A DNA stretch of 64,000 nt from Candidatus Magasanikiibacteriota bacterium. GTDB taxonomy: Bacteria > Patescibacteriota > Patescibacteriia > Magasanikbacterales > UBA922. Of the stretch, positions 18,347 to 27,503 are shown piece by piece (positions within the stretch are counted from its first letter, which is position 1; each line of letters opens with the position of its first letter). Both the position numbers and the translations under genes were made by a program. The stretch covers positions 24,095-88,094 of the forward strand of contig DOYU01000022.1 in assembly GCA_003518365.1 (NCBI GenBank). Direction: 5' to 3'. Under the pieces are notes generated by a model that saw only the letters and a program-made list of their open reading frames with translations, searched no databases and was not told the origin of the DNA.

Positions 18347-18368
18347 GCAAAAAATAATAAATAATAAA

Positions 18369-18396
18369 CAAAACCCCATGATAGGGGTTTTGTTGT
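18369..18396 (+). terminator. Rho-independent terminator (caaaacccc atgata ggggttttg followed by ttg)
   Basis: Read directly from the sequence. Confidence 0.75.
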
Positions 18397-18466
18397 AGAG
18401 TGGAGTAAAAGACTTGATTTTTTTGATATTGTCCTATACAATTCCTTTGTTATAACGTATGTTGTT

Positions 18467-18757
18467 ATGGGATTTTTTGACTATATCTTTGGGAGTAATG
18501 CAGCGTATTCGTCTGAGATGAAAGCCGTCTCGAGAGAACAAATACGTATGTTTGTCTCACAGTCGAGCGTGCGTACTCTTGATAGTAAGGAAGAAGATGC
18601 CATCGAAGACGCACTTGCTACGGCTCGACAAGATGGAAAGATATCACTTCAGAAGGTAGATAAGACATTACAGTCACTTGTGTCGAAACGTGTGATCAGT
18701 ATCAATGATAAAAAAGGAGTGTTTACTCTCTTTGAACAATATTTTGAATCACGGTAA
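18467..18757 (+). CDS. Hypothetical 96-aa protein inserted between secY and adk
   Basis: ORF only. Confidence 0.35.
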   Translation: MGFFDYIFGSNAAYSSEMKAVSREQIRMFVSQSSVRTLDSKEEDAIEDALATARQDGKISLQKVDKTLQSLVSKRVISINDKKGVFTLFEQYFESR

Positions 18758-19350
18758 TGCGTATGAAAAAAATTATTATTCTTCTCGGTATCCCAGGAAG
18801 TGGAAAAGGGACGCAAGCAATGCGGCTTGTTGAGCGTTATGGGTACACACACATTTCAACTGGCGACTTGCTCAGAGGGCTGCAAGGCAGAACAGATCTT
18901 GATTCCGAATTACAAGAAGCCGTAGACACCATGCTTGAAGGAAAATTGGTCAAAGACACTGTTGTGTATAGACTTGGTTTTGACGCGATTCGCGACGCAC
19001 TTGATGCTGGCAAAGGTGTTGTGCTCGATGGTGTTGTGCGCAATCGTGCGCAGGCAGAGTGCTACTATGCGTTTTTTGAAGAATTAGGTGTTGTCAATGA
19101 TGTACAGGTGATTGAAATTGCTCTTGATGACACGGAAAGTTTTGATCGTTTGAAAGCGCGGATTGCCAGTGGGTACCAGTCGCGTCCTGATGATACACAA
19201 GAAATTCTTCGTGAACGTATCAAAGTCCAGGGCAACACTGCACTTGCACCCATCAAAGCCTTTTATGACGCGCATGGTGTGCTTGCTCGGGTGGATGGAC
19301 GAGCGTCTATGGATGATGTAGAGAAAGCCATTACTGCTATTTTGTCGTAA
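18757..19350 (+). CDS. adk: Adenylate kinase, short form without the zinc lid
   Basis: IILLGIPGSGKGTQA. Confidence 0.95.
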   Translation: MRMKKIIILLGIPGSGKGTQAMRLVERYGYTHISTGDLLRGLQGRTDLDSELQEAVDTMLEGKLVKDTVVYRLGFDAIRDALDAGKGVVLDGVVRNRAQAECYYAFFEELGVVNDVQVIEIALDDTESFDRLKARIASGYQSRPDDTQEILRERIKVQGNTALAPIKAFYDAHGVLARVDGRASMDDVEKAITAILS

Positions 19351-19617
19351 CATTTGAGAATAAAAAAATAGACCCTCTTGGAGTCCTACTGCGAGATGTA
19401 CACCTCGCAGTTTCGCCTCAACAAGAATGGTCGTTTTTTTTTGCCTTTCGGCACTCTCTAGAGAGTCTTGATGCCATGCACCATAGTGCCTGGCAAAAGA
19501 GCTTGCATATTATATCGGTGTTTTACGATATTGTCTATGTGGTGCTATGTGGACATCTTGATTTTTTTGGTTTTTGTGTTAGTATGGGAATAAATAAATA
19601 TACCAATTATCTGTTGT

Positions 19618-20427
19618 ATGGCCTATCTGAAAACACAAGAAGAACAAGATGCAATTCTCAAAGGAGGACTTTTGTTGGGGGCAATTCTAGAAGATCTTGG
19701 GAAGATGGCAAAACCCGGAGTGACGACTCTTGAGATCGATACGGAAGCAGAACGACGTATTCGTGCGGTCGGTGGTATTCCTGCGTTTAAAGGCTATGCT
19801 CCATCAGGGCATCGTCCTTTTCCTGGGACTATTTGTGCGTGTGTGAACGATGAAATTGTGCATGGTATCCCGTCAGACCGTGTTCTTATTGAAGGTCAAA
19901 TTTTGAGTATTGATATTGGGATGCAGTATCCAGCCAAGAGTGGGCTAGGGCAAGGGGGCAATGGATTTTTTACAGATACGGCGATTACGGTGCCTGTCGG
20001 AGAGATCAACAGTCAAGCACGACAGCTCTTATCTGTCACAAAAAAATCACTTGAAATGGCAATAGAGGTTGCGACGGCTGGGACATCGGTTGCAGAGATT
20101 GGCAGAGTGATAGAGCGGTATATTGAGCCACAAGGCTATGGCATTGTCAGAGACCTGGTGGGTCATGGCGTCGGGCATGAGGTGCATGAAGATCCTGCTG
20201 TGCCAAATTATTATGAAGCATATCTTGAAAAAAAATTGTTGAAGCCGGGCGTGGTCATTGCGATTGAACCGATGATCACGGTGGGCGATTATCGTACAGA
20301 TGTCCTCGACGATGGGTGGACTATTGTCACAGACGATGGCAGTTTATCGGCTCATTTTGAACATACGATTATTATCACAGAGGATGGGAAGCCTATTGTC
20401 GCGACACTCAGGCCATCAGAAAAATAA
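19618..20427 (+). CDS. map: Methionine aminopeptidase type I
   Basis: Metal ligands fall in the conserved positions (D...D...H...E...E). Confidence 0.95.
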   Translation: MAYLKTQEEQDAILKGGLLLGAILEDLGKMAKPGVTTLEIDTEAERRIRAVGGIPAFKGYAPSGHRPFPGTICACVNDEIVHGIPSDRVLIEGQILSIDIGMQYPAKSGLGQGGNGFFTDTAITVPVGEINSQARQLLSVTKKSLEMAIEVATAGTSVAEIGRVIERYIEPQGYGIVRDLVGHGVGHEVHEDPAVPNYYEAYLEKKLLKPGVVIAIEPMITVGDYRTDVLDDGWTIVTDDGSLSAHFEHTIIITEDGKPIVATLRPSEK

Positions 20428-20429
20428 CT

Positions 20430-22145
20430 ATGTCTGTGCCATATACACTGGGACATGATTTTTTCAAAGTACAGCAATGTTTGTTTGCTGTACTTTTTTT
20501 TGTGTTTGCTGTCACATTTGTGAGTCCTGTTCATGCAAGTGAATTTCCTATTTCACTGCAAGGAGTAGAGGAGTCGGCTGTCTCTCCAGACTTGTATGCG
20601 TGCGTACAAGATGCAAATCAAGCATATCTGTACAATGCAGAGATACGGTATTCAGATTGGCTGGAACAAGCCGTCGCATGTTACCGACAAACTGGCGATA
20701 TGTCACTCCTTCCATCTTTTTTCCAAGCATACGATTTTTCTACTGCTGAAAAAGATTTTGCCTTAGAAAATTGTAATGCTGATGTGCAGCGTGGACAGTA
20801 TGCACGACTCACTGCATGTGCGTGGAGTGGAAAAAGTATCAACGCATGTTATGCTGAAGAAAAAAATACAACTGTTCAGTTGTTATCGGCGTGTTATAAA
20901 GAAAACATTCCAGAAGACAGTATATGGAATCTGCCGATCATGCAGCAGGGGATAGAGGCCATGCTCGGCGGGGCAGATTACAACACGATGTCGCTCGAAG
21001 AAAAATATACCCTTGATACATGTCTGCAAGATGCATTATCCGGGGAAAAGGCTGACACGCTTGATCAAGAAAAGGAAGCTGCAATTGCATCTTGTTATAC
21101 CGAGGTCGGATTGACGGATGTTGCTGCCTTTTATACCAAAACATCCATTGTGGTTGATTGTGCCCTCGAAGTAGCAAGTCGTCGAGGCGTCTCTGATATC
21201 AAGACACTGATTGTCTCTCGATCTGCCGCTGATGAAGCATACATCGAACAATGTGTGGTAAAGAAAACTGCCCCGATTATTCTTGGCATAGCAGTAGTAA
21301 ACATTCCATTTGCAGCTGGCTTTGGAAATCTTTTGTTGTACCTCCAATTTTTCTTTACACAACCACTTCTTCTGCTACGTGGAAAACGAGAAAATTGGGG
21401 GAAAGTGCTGGACGCTATGACAGGATCGCCGATAGACCTCTCCGCTGTCAGACTTATTGATGAAGAAAAACAGACCGTCCTCAGAAGTATGGTGACAAAC
21501 AAGAAGGGAGAGTATTTCTTTTTGCCACCAACCGGGACATATCGCGTGGAAGCGATGAAGCAAGGATATGCATTCCCATCTACCTTATTGAAAGGATCTC
21601 CAGAGTATTATTTTGGAAAGAGTTTTGCAATCGATTCAAAAGGAGATGTCATAGACAAACATATTCCTCTTGATCCGGCTGTTGAAACGGTTTCTGTACG
21701 AGCATTTCTTCTGAAAAAATGGCGATACCGTATTGGGACCTTGTTTGCTGTGGTAGGTCCCGTATCTTCTCTGATATTTTTTATCTTCGTGCCAAAGTGG
21801 TGGGTTGCTGTCCTCATTGTATTGCATATTGTTTTGTTTTTTGTCTTCCGTCGTCTGTCATCGAGGCATACCGTAAAACAATTTGGTGTGGTAACAGATG
21901 AAAATGGGAAATCATTGAGTCAGGTAAAAGTCATGCTCTTTAACGGACCGTATAAAAAGTTGCTGCAATATTATGTGACGGATATGTTTGGACGATACTA
22001 CTTTCCTCCTATTGTCGGTGAGTTTATTGTTAAATTTGAAAAAGATGGTTTTGAAATGGCGAGTAAAGAAATTCAGATTAGTCCACTTGATACGACGAAA
22101 ACAGTACATCTGGATGTTCATTTGAAATCTACTATAACGTCATAA
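20430..22145 (+). CDS. Large membrane protein with a signal peptide, a Cys-rich N-terminal domain, TM helices and two CarboxypepD_reg-like (prealbumin-fold) domains
   Basis: GEYFFLPPTGTYRVEAMKQGYAF and GRYYFPPIVGEFIVKFEKDGF are typical CarboxypepD_reg motifs. The gene sits where infA and rpmJ usually follow map. Confidence 0.55.
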   Translation: MSVPYTLGHDFFKVQQCLFAVLFFVFAVTFVSPVHASEFPISLQGVEESAVSPDLYACVQDANQAYLYNAEIRYSDWLEQAVACYRQTGDMSLLPSFFQAYDFSTAEKDFALENCNADVQRGQYARLTACAWSGKSINACYAEEKNTTVQLLSACYKENIPEDSIWNLPIMQQGIEAMLGGADYNTMSLEEKYTLDTCLQDALSGEKADTLDQEKEAAIASCYTEVGLTDVAAFYTKTSIVVDCALEVASRRGVSDIKTLIVSRSAADEAYIEQCVVKKTAPIILGIAVVNIPFAAGFGNLLLYLQFFFTQPLLLLRGKRENWGKVLDAMTGSPIDLSAVRLIDEEKQTVLRSMVTNKKGEYFFLPPTGTYRVEAMKQGYAFPSTLLKGSPEYYFGKSFAIDSKGDVIDKHIPLDPAVETVSVRAFLLKKWRYRIGTLFAVVGPVSSLIFFIFVPKWWVAVLIVLHIVLFFVFRRLSSRHTVKQFGVVTDENGKSLSQVKVMLFNGPYKKLLQYYVTDMFGRYYFPPIVGEFIVKFEKDGFEMASKEIQISPLDTTKTVHLDVHLKSTITS

Positions 22146-22148
22146 TAT

Positions 22149-22523
22149 ATGAATATATTAGCAATAGACTTCGGACAAAAACGAATTGGCCTGGCGTGGC
22201 TTCAGCCAGGCATTGATATTGTGCTTCCCTTTGGCGTGATCGCGTATGAAAAATGGAAAACAGAACTTCCCGCATTGATTGAGAGTGAAGGAATACAAAA
22301 CATAGTCATAGGAAATCCACTTGGTATGGATGGGGGAGAGAATGAGAATACAAAACGTGTTCAAGATTTTGTAGACGAACTTTCTGCAATGATTGCTGTC
22401 CCTATCGAGCTCTATGATGAACGATTTTCTTCAAAACAAGCAGATGCCATGGGAGGCACCGCAACGAGAGACGAAAAATCGGCCATGGTCATCTTGCAAA
22501 GTTATCTTGAGCGCAAAAAATAA
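22149..22523 (+). CDS. ruvX: Holliday-junction resolvase-like protein YqgF/RuvX
   Basis: MNILAIDFGQKRIGLA. Confidence 0.85.
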   Translation: MNILAIDFGQKRIGLAWLQPGIDIVLPFGVIAYEKWKTELPALIESEGIQNIVIGNPLGMDGGENENTKRVQDFVDELSAMIAVPIELYDERFSSKQADAMGGTATRDEKSAMVILQSYLERKK

Positions 22524-22531
22524 TTTTTTCT

Positions 22532-23311
22532 ATGTACGGCATTGTCCTCTCACGACGTGATTTTCGAGAGGCAGATCAAGTCATCACTATCTTGACTGCA
22601 GAGGAGGGCAAACGAGAATACATCGCCCGTGGGGTAAAAAAAATTGTCAGCAAAAACACGTCGCACCTTGAGCCTGCGACGCTTATTAGTTTTGGTATTG
22701 CAGAAGGAAAGAAAGAATTTTCCTATCTGACGAATGTCCAACCGGTTGAATCATTTTTTCATCTTCGACAATCTCTTCCAACACTTCATATCATCGGGTA
22801 TAGTCTTGATGCGCTTTTTACCATGCTCAAAGAAGGGGAAGCAGATAGCGACATCTACCAACTGTATATTTCGTATCTTAGATTTCTCAATACTCAAGAA
22901 CAGGTGAGACTTCTTCTTCTCGACGCATTTCTTATCAAACTTTTTTCTCATCTTGGCTATCATCCATCACTCGATGCGTGTGTGGTATGTGAAAAAACCT
23001 ATAAAGAAATAGGACTAGAATTTCTTTCTGCGACAGAGCAAAAACCTGGGTTTTATTTTGCCGGCGGCGGTATTATTTGTGCGTCTTGCAAAGCAGAAAA
23101 ACAACGCATTGGAGAAGTGGCATATCCGTGTGGAATAAAGGAAATCAACACGTTGCGTTTTCTATTGGCAAGTTCGTGGCAAGATGTGGTTTCGTTCCCA
23201 CTTGATGAAGAAGAATATCGTCTTGTACACAAACTGATCTATGAGTTTATGTTATATCACAGTGAGAGAAAGTGGGATGATTGGGGGAAGATTTCTTTGA
23301 TCATGACATAA
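22532..23311 (+). CDS. recO: DNA repair protein RecO
   Basis: An N-terminal OB fold plus a CxxC...CxxC zinc finger. Confidence 0.75.
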   Translation: MYGIVLSRRDFREADQVITILTAEEGKREYIARGVKKIVSKNTSHLEPATLISFGIAEGKKEFSYLTNVQPVESFFHLRQSLPTLHIIGYSLDALFTMLKEGEADSDIYQLYISYLRFLNTQEQVRLLLLDAFLIKLFSHLGYHPSLDACVVCEKTYKEIGLEFLSATEQKPGFYFAGGGIICASCKAEKQRIGEVAYPCGIKEINTLRFLLASSWQDVVSFPLDEEEYRLVHKLIYEFMLYHSERKWDDWGKISLIMT

Positions 23312-23371
23312 CCTGAGCAAAGAAATCTGCGGAAGGCTGGGGGCCTTCCGCGACTGTGGATGATGGTTTCG

Positions 23372-23542
23372 CTATACCTGTCCGGTGGCCTGTAGGAGCC
23401 ATCCCAACGCGGCAAGGACGAGGATGAAGATCGTCAGCTTGATGAGGACTTCGCCGCTAGTCTTTACTGTTTTGATGGGGTGGAAGAGAAGGTTCCAGAA
23501 AAACACCAGTACAAGAAATCCCAAAATACCAACAATCCACAT
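23372..23542 (-). CDS. Small membrane protein of 56 aa with two TM helices. The likely start is MWIV, preceded by a GGAGG RBS.
   Basis: An ORF in a GC-richer islet, preceded by the duplicated promoter module described below. Confidence 0.4.
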   Translation of the reverse strand: MWIVGILGFLVLVFFWNLLFHPIKTVKTSGEVLIKLTIFILVLAALGWLLQATGQV

Positions 23543-23703
23543 AGTAACCTCCAGTTTCGTCATGCATATATACAACATGTATTCTATTTATGCATGACAA
23601 AACTGAAGAGCGGTGGAGTATATACGATATTCTTTTTTCTGTCAACCTTGCAATTTTATTCCATTTTTAGCTCGATAGTCGAGGAATTATAGGAAATTTT
23701 TGA

Positions 23704-23772
23704 AATAAAAAAACAAGGAGATCTTGTTTGTTGAAGTGAACTCGGGCAGCGTGCGTGACGCCGCCCGAGTTC
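23704..23772 (-). terminator. Terminator region for the gene at 23788..24024: a GC hairpin (gaactcgggc...gcccgagttc) and then a 6-bp hairpin followed by a T-run on the minus strand
   Basis: Read directly from the sequence. Confidence 0.5.
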
Positions 23773-23787
23773 GTCGTTTAGCGGAAG

Positions 23788-24024
23788 TCACCCCAAAGGG
23801 GATTTCTTCCCATCGAAAACCTTGAGCGCCCGCCACGCGATGATCAAGGCAAGGAACAGCGTCAGAACAAACGAAGCACATGCTGCGCCGATGATATCGC
23901 GGGCTTCCTCAGTGGGGGCTTTCCTCACCATGACAAAGCCGGTGATGAGTGCGGCTATCAGAGCTGCCTTGAGCTGGCTCATGATTCCTCGCAACCATCG
24001 TACGGTCTGGTGATGTGGGTTCAT
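23788..24024 (-). CDS. Small membrane protein of 78 aa. The likely start is MNPHHQ with a GGAGGA RBS, and the track's longer start would overlap the -10 element.
   Basis: Two TM helices and the same upstream promoter module as 23372..23542. Confidence 0.4.
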   Translation of the reverse strand: MNPHHQTVRWLRGIMSQLKAALIAALITGFVMVRKAPTEEARDIIGAACASFVLTLFLALIIAWRALKVFDGKKSPLG

Positions 24025-24140
24025 CAGGTCCTCCGTCGGGGTTTGAATGACATAGTAACACATATTATTTTCCTGTCAACCTTGCAATTTTTCATTGTTT
24101 TTTGTAGTATACAAGGTACTTTAGATGTTATTACTTTTAT

Positions 24141-25436
24141 ATGAATGCACGTATATCACAGTTTAAAGACCACGTCGGCCAAGAAGTCACCATCCAAGGA
24201 TGGATTCAAGGAGGACGATCTTCTGGCAAGATCGCCTTTTTTGAGATTCGCGATGGCTCTGGATTTACGCAGGCAGTGGTAGCTCAAGAGAGTGTGTCTG
24301 ACGATGTCTGGCAACAGGCTGTCGGTGCCTCACAAGAGTCTTCCGTTCGACTAACAGGGACTGTCTCTGCACATCCAAAAAAAGAAGGTGTATTTGAACT
24401 TCAAGTATCGAGCATGAAAGTCGTGGGTGCTTCAGAAGAATATCCTATCGGGAACAAAGAGCATGGTCCGGATTTTCTCATGAATCATCGTCACCTCTGG
24501 CTCCGTAGCAAAAAGCAATGGGCGATTCTTCGCATCAGAGATACGGTAGAGCGAGCGATTATGAATTTTATGCATGAACAAACATTCGTGCGTACTGATT
24601 CTCCTATTTTTACGCCAAACGCGTGCGAAGGAACCACAGATTTATTTCCTGTCCCATATTTTGATCTTGGGGAAGCATATCTGTCACAGTCTGGACAACT
24701 CTATATCGAAGCGGCTATTGCGAGCGTCGGACGATGTTATGATTTTGGTCCAGTGTTTCGTGCAGAAAAATCTGTCACAAAACGGCATCTCACAGAATTT
24801 TGGATGATGGATGCAGAAGCGGCATTTGTCGAGCATGATGAAAACATGAATATCCAAGAAGCGCTTGTGAAATATATTGTCAAAGCGTGTCTCACAGAAT
24901 GTAAAGAAGAATTTGTTATTCTGGAGCGAGATACGACGCCATTAGAAAAACTTCTTGAACTTTCATTCGAACGACTCGAATACGATGATGCTATTGTTCG
25001 TCTCAATGAACTCGGATCAGATATTAAGCATGGAGAAGATCTTGGTAATGATGATGAAGGCTTGCTCACGCAGAATAGTCCTGTGCCAGTCTTCATCCAC
25101 AAATGGCCAAAGCATATCAAGCCATTTTATATGAAAATTGATCCAGAAAATCCAGCACGCGTCTTCAACAACGATCTTATTGGTATTGAAGGATCTGGAG
25201 AAATTATTGGTGGATCACAGCGTGAAGATAATTATGATTTGCTTTTGGAACGTATCAAAGCTGATGGGCTGAGTCCAGAAGAATATGAATGGTATCTTGA
25301 TCTTCGAAAATACGGCAGTGTGCCACATTCAGGATTTGGTATTGGGCTCGAGCGTATGGTGAGATGGATGTCTGGTACAGAGCATATTCGTGAATGTATT
25401 CCATTTCCACGATTGGTAAATAGAATAAAACCGTAA
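24141..25436 (+). CDS. asnS: Asparaginyl-tRNA synthetase
   Basis: Class IIb synthetase motifs (FRAEKSVTKRHLTEFWMMDAE and GGSQREDNYDLL) and a length near 430 aa. Confidence 0.85.
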   Translation: MNARISQFKDHVGQEVTIQGWIQGGRSSGKIAFFEIRDGSGFTQAVVAQESVSDDVWQQAVGASQESSVRLTGTVSAHPKKEGVFELQVSSMKVVGASEEYPIGNKEHGPDFLMNHRHLWLRSKKQWAILRIRDTVERAIMNFMHEQTFVRTDSPIFTPNACEGTTDLFPVPYFDLGEAYLSQSGQLYIEAAIASVGRCYDFGPVFRAEKSVTKRHLTEFWMMDAEAAFVEHDENMNIQEALVKYIVKACLTECKEEFVILERDTTPLEKLLELSFERLEYDDAIVRLNELGSDIKHGEDLGNDDEGLLTQNSPVPVFIHKWPKHIKPFYMKIDPENPARVFNNDLIGIEGSGEIIGGSQREDNYDLLLERIKADGLSPEEYEWYLDLRKYGSVPHSGFGIGLERMVRWMSGTEHIRECIPFPRLVNRIKP

Positions 25437-25445
25437 TAGCACGTT

Positions 25446-25468
25446 TCTCCTCCTTACTAAGGAGGAGA
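25446..25468 (+). terminator. Perfect 10-bp hairpin (tctcctcctt act aaggaggaga) after asnS, followed by aggaggttttctt. It is a putative terminator or SD-sequestering structure.
   Basis: Read directly from the sequence. Confidence 0.45.
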
Positions 25469-25569
25469 ACAAGAGGAGGTTTTCTTAGCAAGCAAAAGGA
25501 GGGGATATGACAAAGCTGTATAATAAGCAAGAATATACAAAAAAACGAAATGTATAAAACATATATACT

Positions 25570-26562
25570 ATGTCACGAAAAAATCGAAAGAAACAAAAAC
25601 CAGTTTTCCCAAAAGAAATTCCACAGGAATTTTTTGATCGGCTGACAGCGATGTTTGGTGATGTTTTGTCATCTGAATTACAACAAACATTTATCGACCG
25701 ACCGACGACATTCCGTGTGAATACGCTGCGGGCAAAAACGAAAGATATGTTGAACGTGTTGAAAGAACAGTCGTACGAGCTCGATCCTGTGACGTGGTTT
25801 CCAGATGCGTACATTCTTCGCAATAAAGAAAAGAAAGATATTTGTGATCTTGAGATGTATACTGACGCACAGATTTATCTGCAGAGTATTTCGAGTATGA
25901 TTCCGCCGGTGGTCTTGGATCCACAGCCAGGAGATCGCGTGCTCGATCTTACCGCAGCGCCTGGAAGTAAGACAAGCCAGATGGCGATCATGATGAATCA
26001 ACAAGGCGAGCTGGTTGCAAATGATAAAAACAAGATTCGGTTTTTCAAGCTGAAGCATAATATGGAGCAGCAGGGGGTGGTAGATGAAGAAAAGAAAGAC
26101 TGGTCACTGACTCTCCGCATGGAGCCGGGCACGCAGCTCGTTCGAGAATATGACGCGTATTTTGATAAGATTCTCCTCGATGCACCCTGTAGTTCGGAAG
26201 CGCGATTTGTAATTAGGAATCCAAAAACATTTGGGTATTGGAAAGATCGAAAAGTAAGAGAAATGGCATATACGCAGAGAGAGCTTTTGCTTTCTGCCTG
26301 GAAATCACTCAAACCAGGCGGTACGATCGTGTACAGCACCTGTACCTTCGCACCAGAAGAAAATGAAATGCAAATTGATAGAGTATTGGAGAGATTTGAA
26401 GATGCTATAGTCTTGCCAGTTGTACTGCCAGGAGTAGACACCTTGCCGATTATGAAAGAATGGAATGGAAAAACGTTGTCACCAGAGGTACAGAAGTGTC
26501 TTCGCGTGAAACCGACAAAAGATATGGAAGGATTTTTTATTGCAAAATTGCAGAAGAAATAA
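25570..26562 (+). CDS. RsmB/RsmF-family (NOL1/NOP2/Sun) rRNA cytosine-C5 methyltransferase
   Basis: The SAM-binding DLTAAPGSKT motif and the catalytic cysteines in DAPCS and TCT. Confidence 0.85.
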   Translation: MSRKNRKKQKPVFPKEIPQEFFDRLTAMFGDVLSSELQQTFIDRPTTFRVNTLRAKTKDMLNVLKEQSYELDPVTWFPDAYILRNKEKKDICDLEMYTDAQIYLQSISSMIPPVVLDPQPGDRVLDLTAAPGSKTSQMAIMMNQQGELVANDKNKIRFFKLKHNMEQQGVVDEEKKDWSLTLRMEPGTQLVREYDAYFDKILLDAPCSSEARFVIRNPKTFGYWKDRKVREMAYTQRELLLSAWKSLKPGGTIVYSTCTFAPEENEMQIDRVLERFEDAIVLPVVLPGVDTLPIMKEWNGKTLSPEVQKCLRVKPTKDMEGFFIAKLQKK

Positions 26563-26655
26563 TATACATTTGGGAGTGACGAAATGAGAGAAACGAATTT
26601 CGTTATCGTTGCTAAGAGGACGAACTCACGCTTGTCACTCCTCTCATTTTCATAT

Positions 26656-26892
26656 ATGGAAGACATCATCATCGGTGGCATCTACAAACATTATCGCAGA
26701 GGAGGGGAGTACAAAGTCATCGGTTTTGCGCGACATTCGGAGACACTGGAAGAGCTGGTGGTGTATAAGCCACTATACGACACGCCAGAATTTCCAGAAG
26801 GAACGCTCTGGGTGAGACCGAGAGAGATGTTTTTGGAAGATGTAGAAGTTGATGGGGAAATGGTGAAGCGGTTTCAGTATTTGGGGGAGTAA
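26656..26892 (+). CDS. DUF1653-family protein. The true start is MEDIIIGG at 26656.
   Basis: GIYKHYRRGGEYKVIGFARHSETLEELVVYKPLY matches the DUF1653 signature. Confidence 0.55.
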   Translation: MEDIIIGGIYKHYRRGGEYKVIGFARHSETLEELVVYKPLYDTPEFPEGTLWVRPREMFLEDVEVDGEMVKRFQYLGE

Positions 26893-26918
26893 AAAACGAG
26901 CTGGTTGCTCGTTTTTTT
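26891..26918 (+). terminator. Rho-independent terminator (aaaaaacgagc tggtt gctcgttttttt)
   Basis: Read directly from the sequence. Confidence 0.8.
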
Positions 26919-27143
26919 GTTATTTCAGATAACGTCTCTGGACATGCAAAGTTGCACCGTTGTTAGTTTACCAGATTTTCGTTTTAGTACTAGCCTTCGT
27001 CGAAGCCTCAAACTTTCAATTTTTTTGTCGTGGTTTACTATTGACAATTTATCTAAAAACGGTAAGATTGGGTCGAGAGTCGGGGTTTACCTTATTTCGA
27101 GGGATTCCTTGTGACTTTCAAGCATATCGAGAAGGAGCCTGTC

Positions 27144-27350
27144 ATGGCACGGAGTGTTCACCTCACGAACGGTCAGGGTCAGCCCGTCCGCTTCAGCAAG
27201 GGGCAGGGTGAGTCGGTCTACATCGGAAACGGCGGCGATCCGGTGTACGCCTCGAGCTCGGGGAAAATCGTCTGGGCGACGAACCCCGACGCTCTCCCCG
27301 CCAACCTGCGTCCCGGCCAGGTCGGGACGCGCGACGAGTTCAAGCCGTAG
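27144..27350 (+). CDS. Small 68-aa ORF with high GC, a GAAGGAG RBS 7 nt upstream of the ATG, and a putative promoter at 27041..27068. Function unknown.
   Basis: Its GC content is much higher than the surrounding genome, and a GC-rich terminator follows at 27371..27413. Confidence 0.35.
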   Translation: MARSVHLTNGQGQPVRFSKGQGESVYIGNGGDPVYASSSGKIVWATNPDALPANLRPGQVGTRDEFKP

Positions 27351-27370
27351 CCTACGGTAAGAACCATCTC

Positions 27371-27413
27371 AGGCCGGCTTCGCAATTTCGCGGAGCCGGC
27401 CTTTCACTTTTTA
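27371..27413 (+). terminator. GC-rich rho-independent terminator (aggccggct...agccggcct followed by ttcactttttag)
   Basis: Read directly from the sequence. Confidence 0.6.
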
Positions 27414-27441
27414 GAGAGAAAAAATTTTAAAAATAATGAAC

Positions 27442-27470
27442 AAAAACGAGTGTGGAAGCTCGTTTTTTTG
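27442..27470 (-). terminator. Bidirectional terminator (aaaaacgag tgtggaag ctcgttttttt) serving the minus-strand gene at 27504..28016
   Basis: Its stem sequence is nearly identical to the terminator at 26891..26918. Confidence 0.65.
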
Positions 27471-27503
27471 TTCAAATGAATAGGTAGGCTTTTTTATTGT
27501 GCA

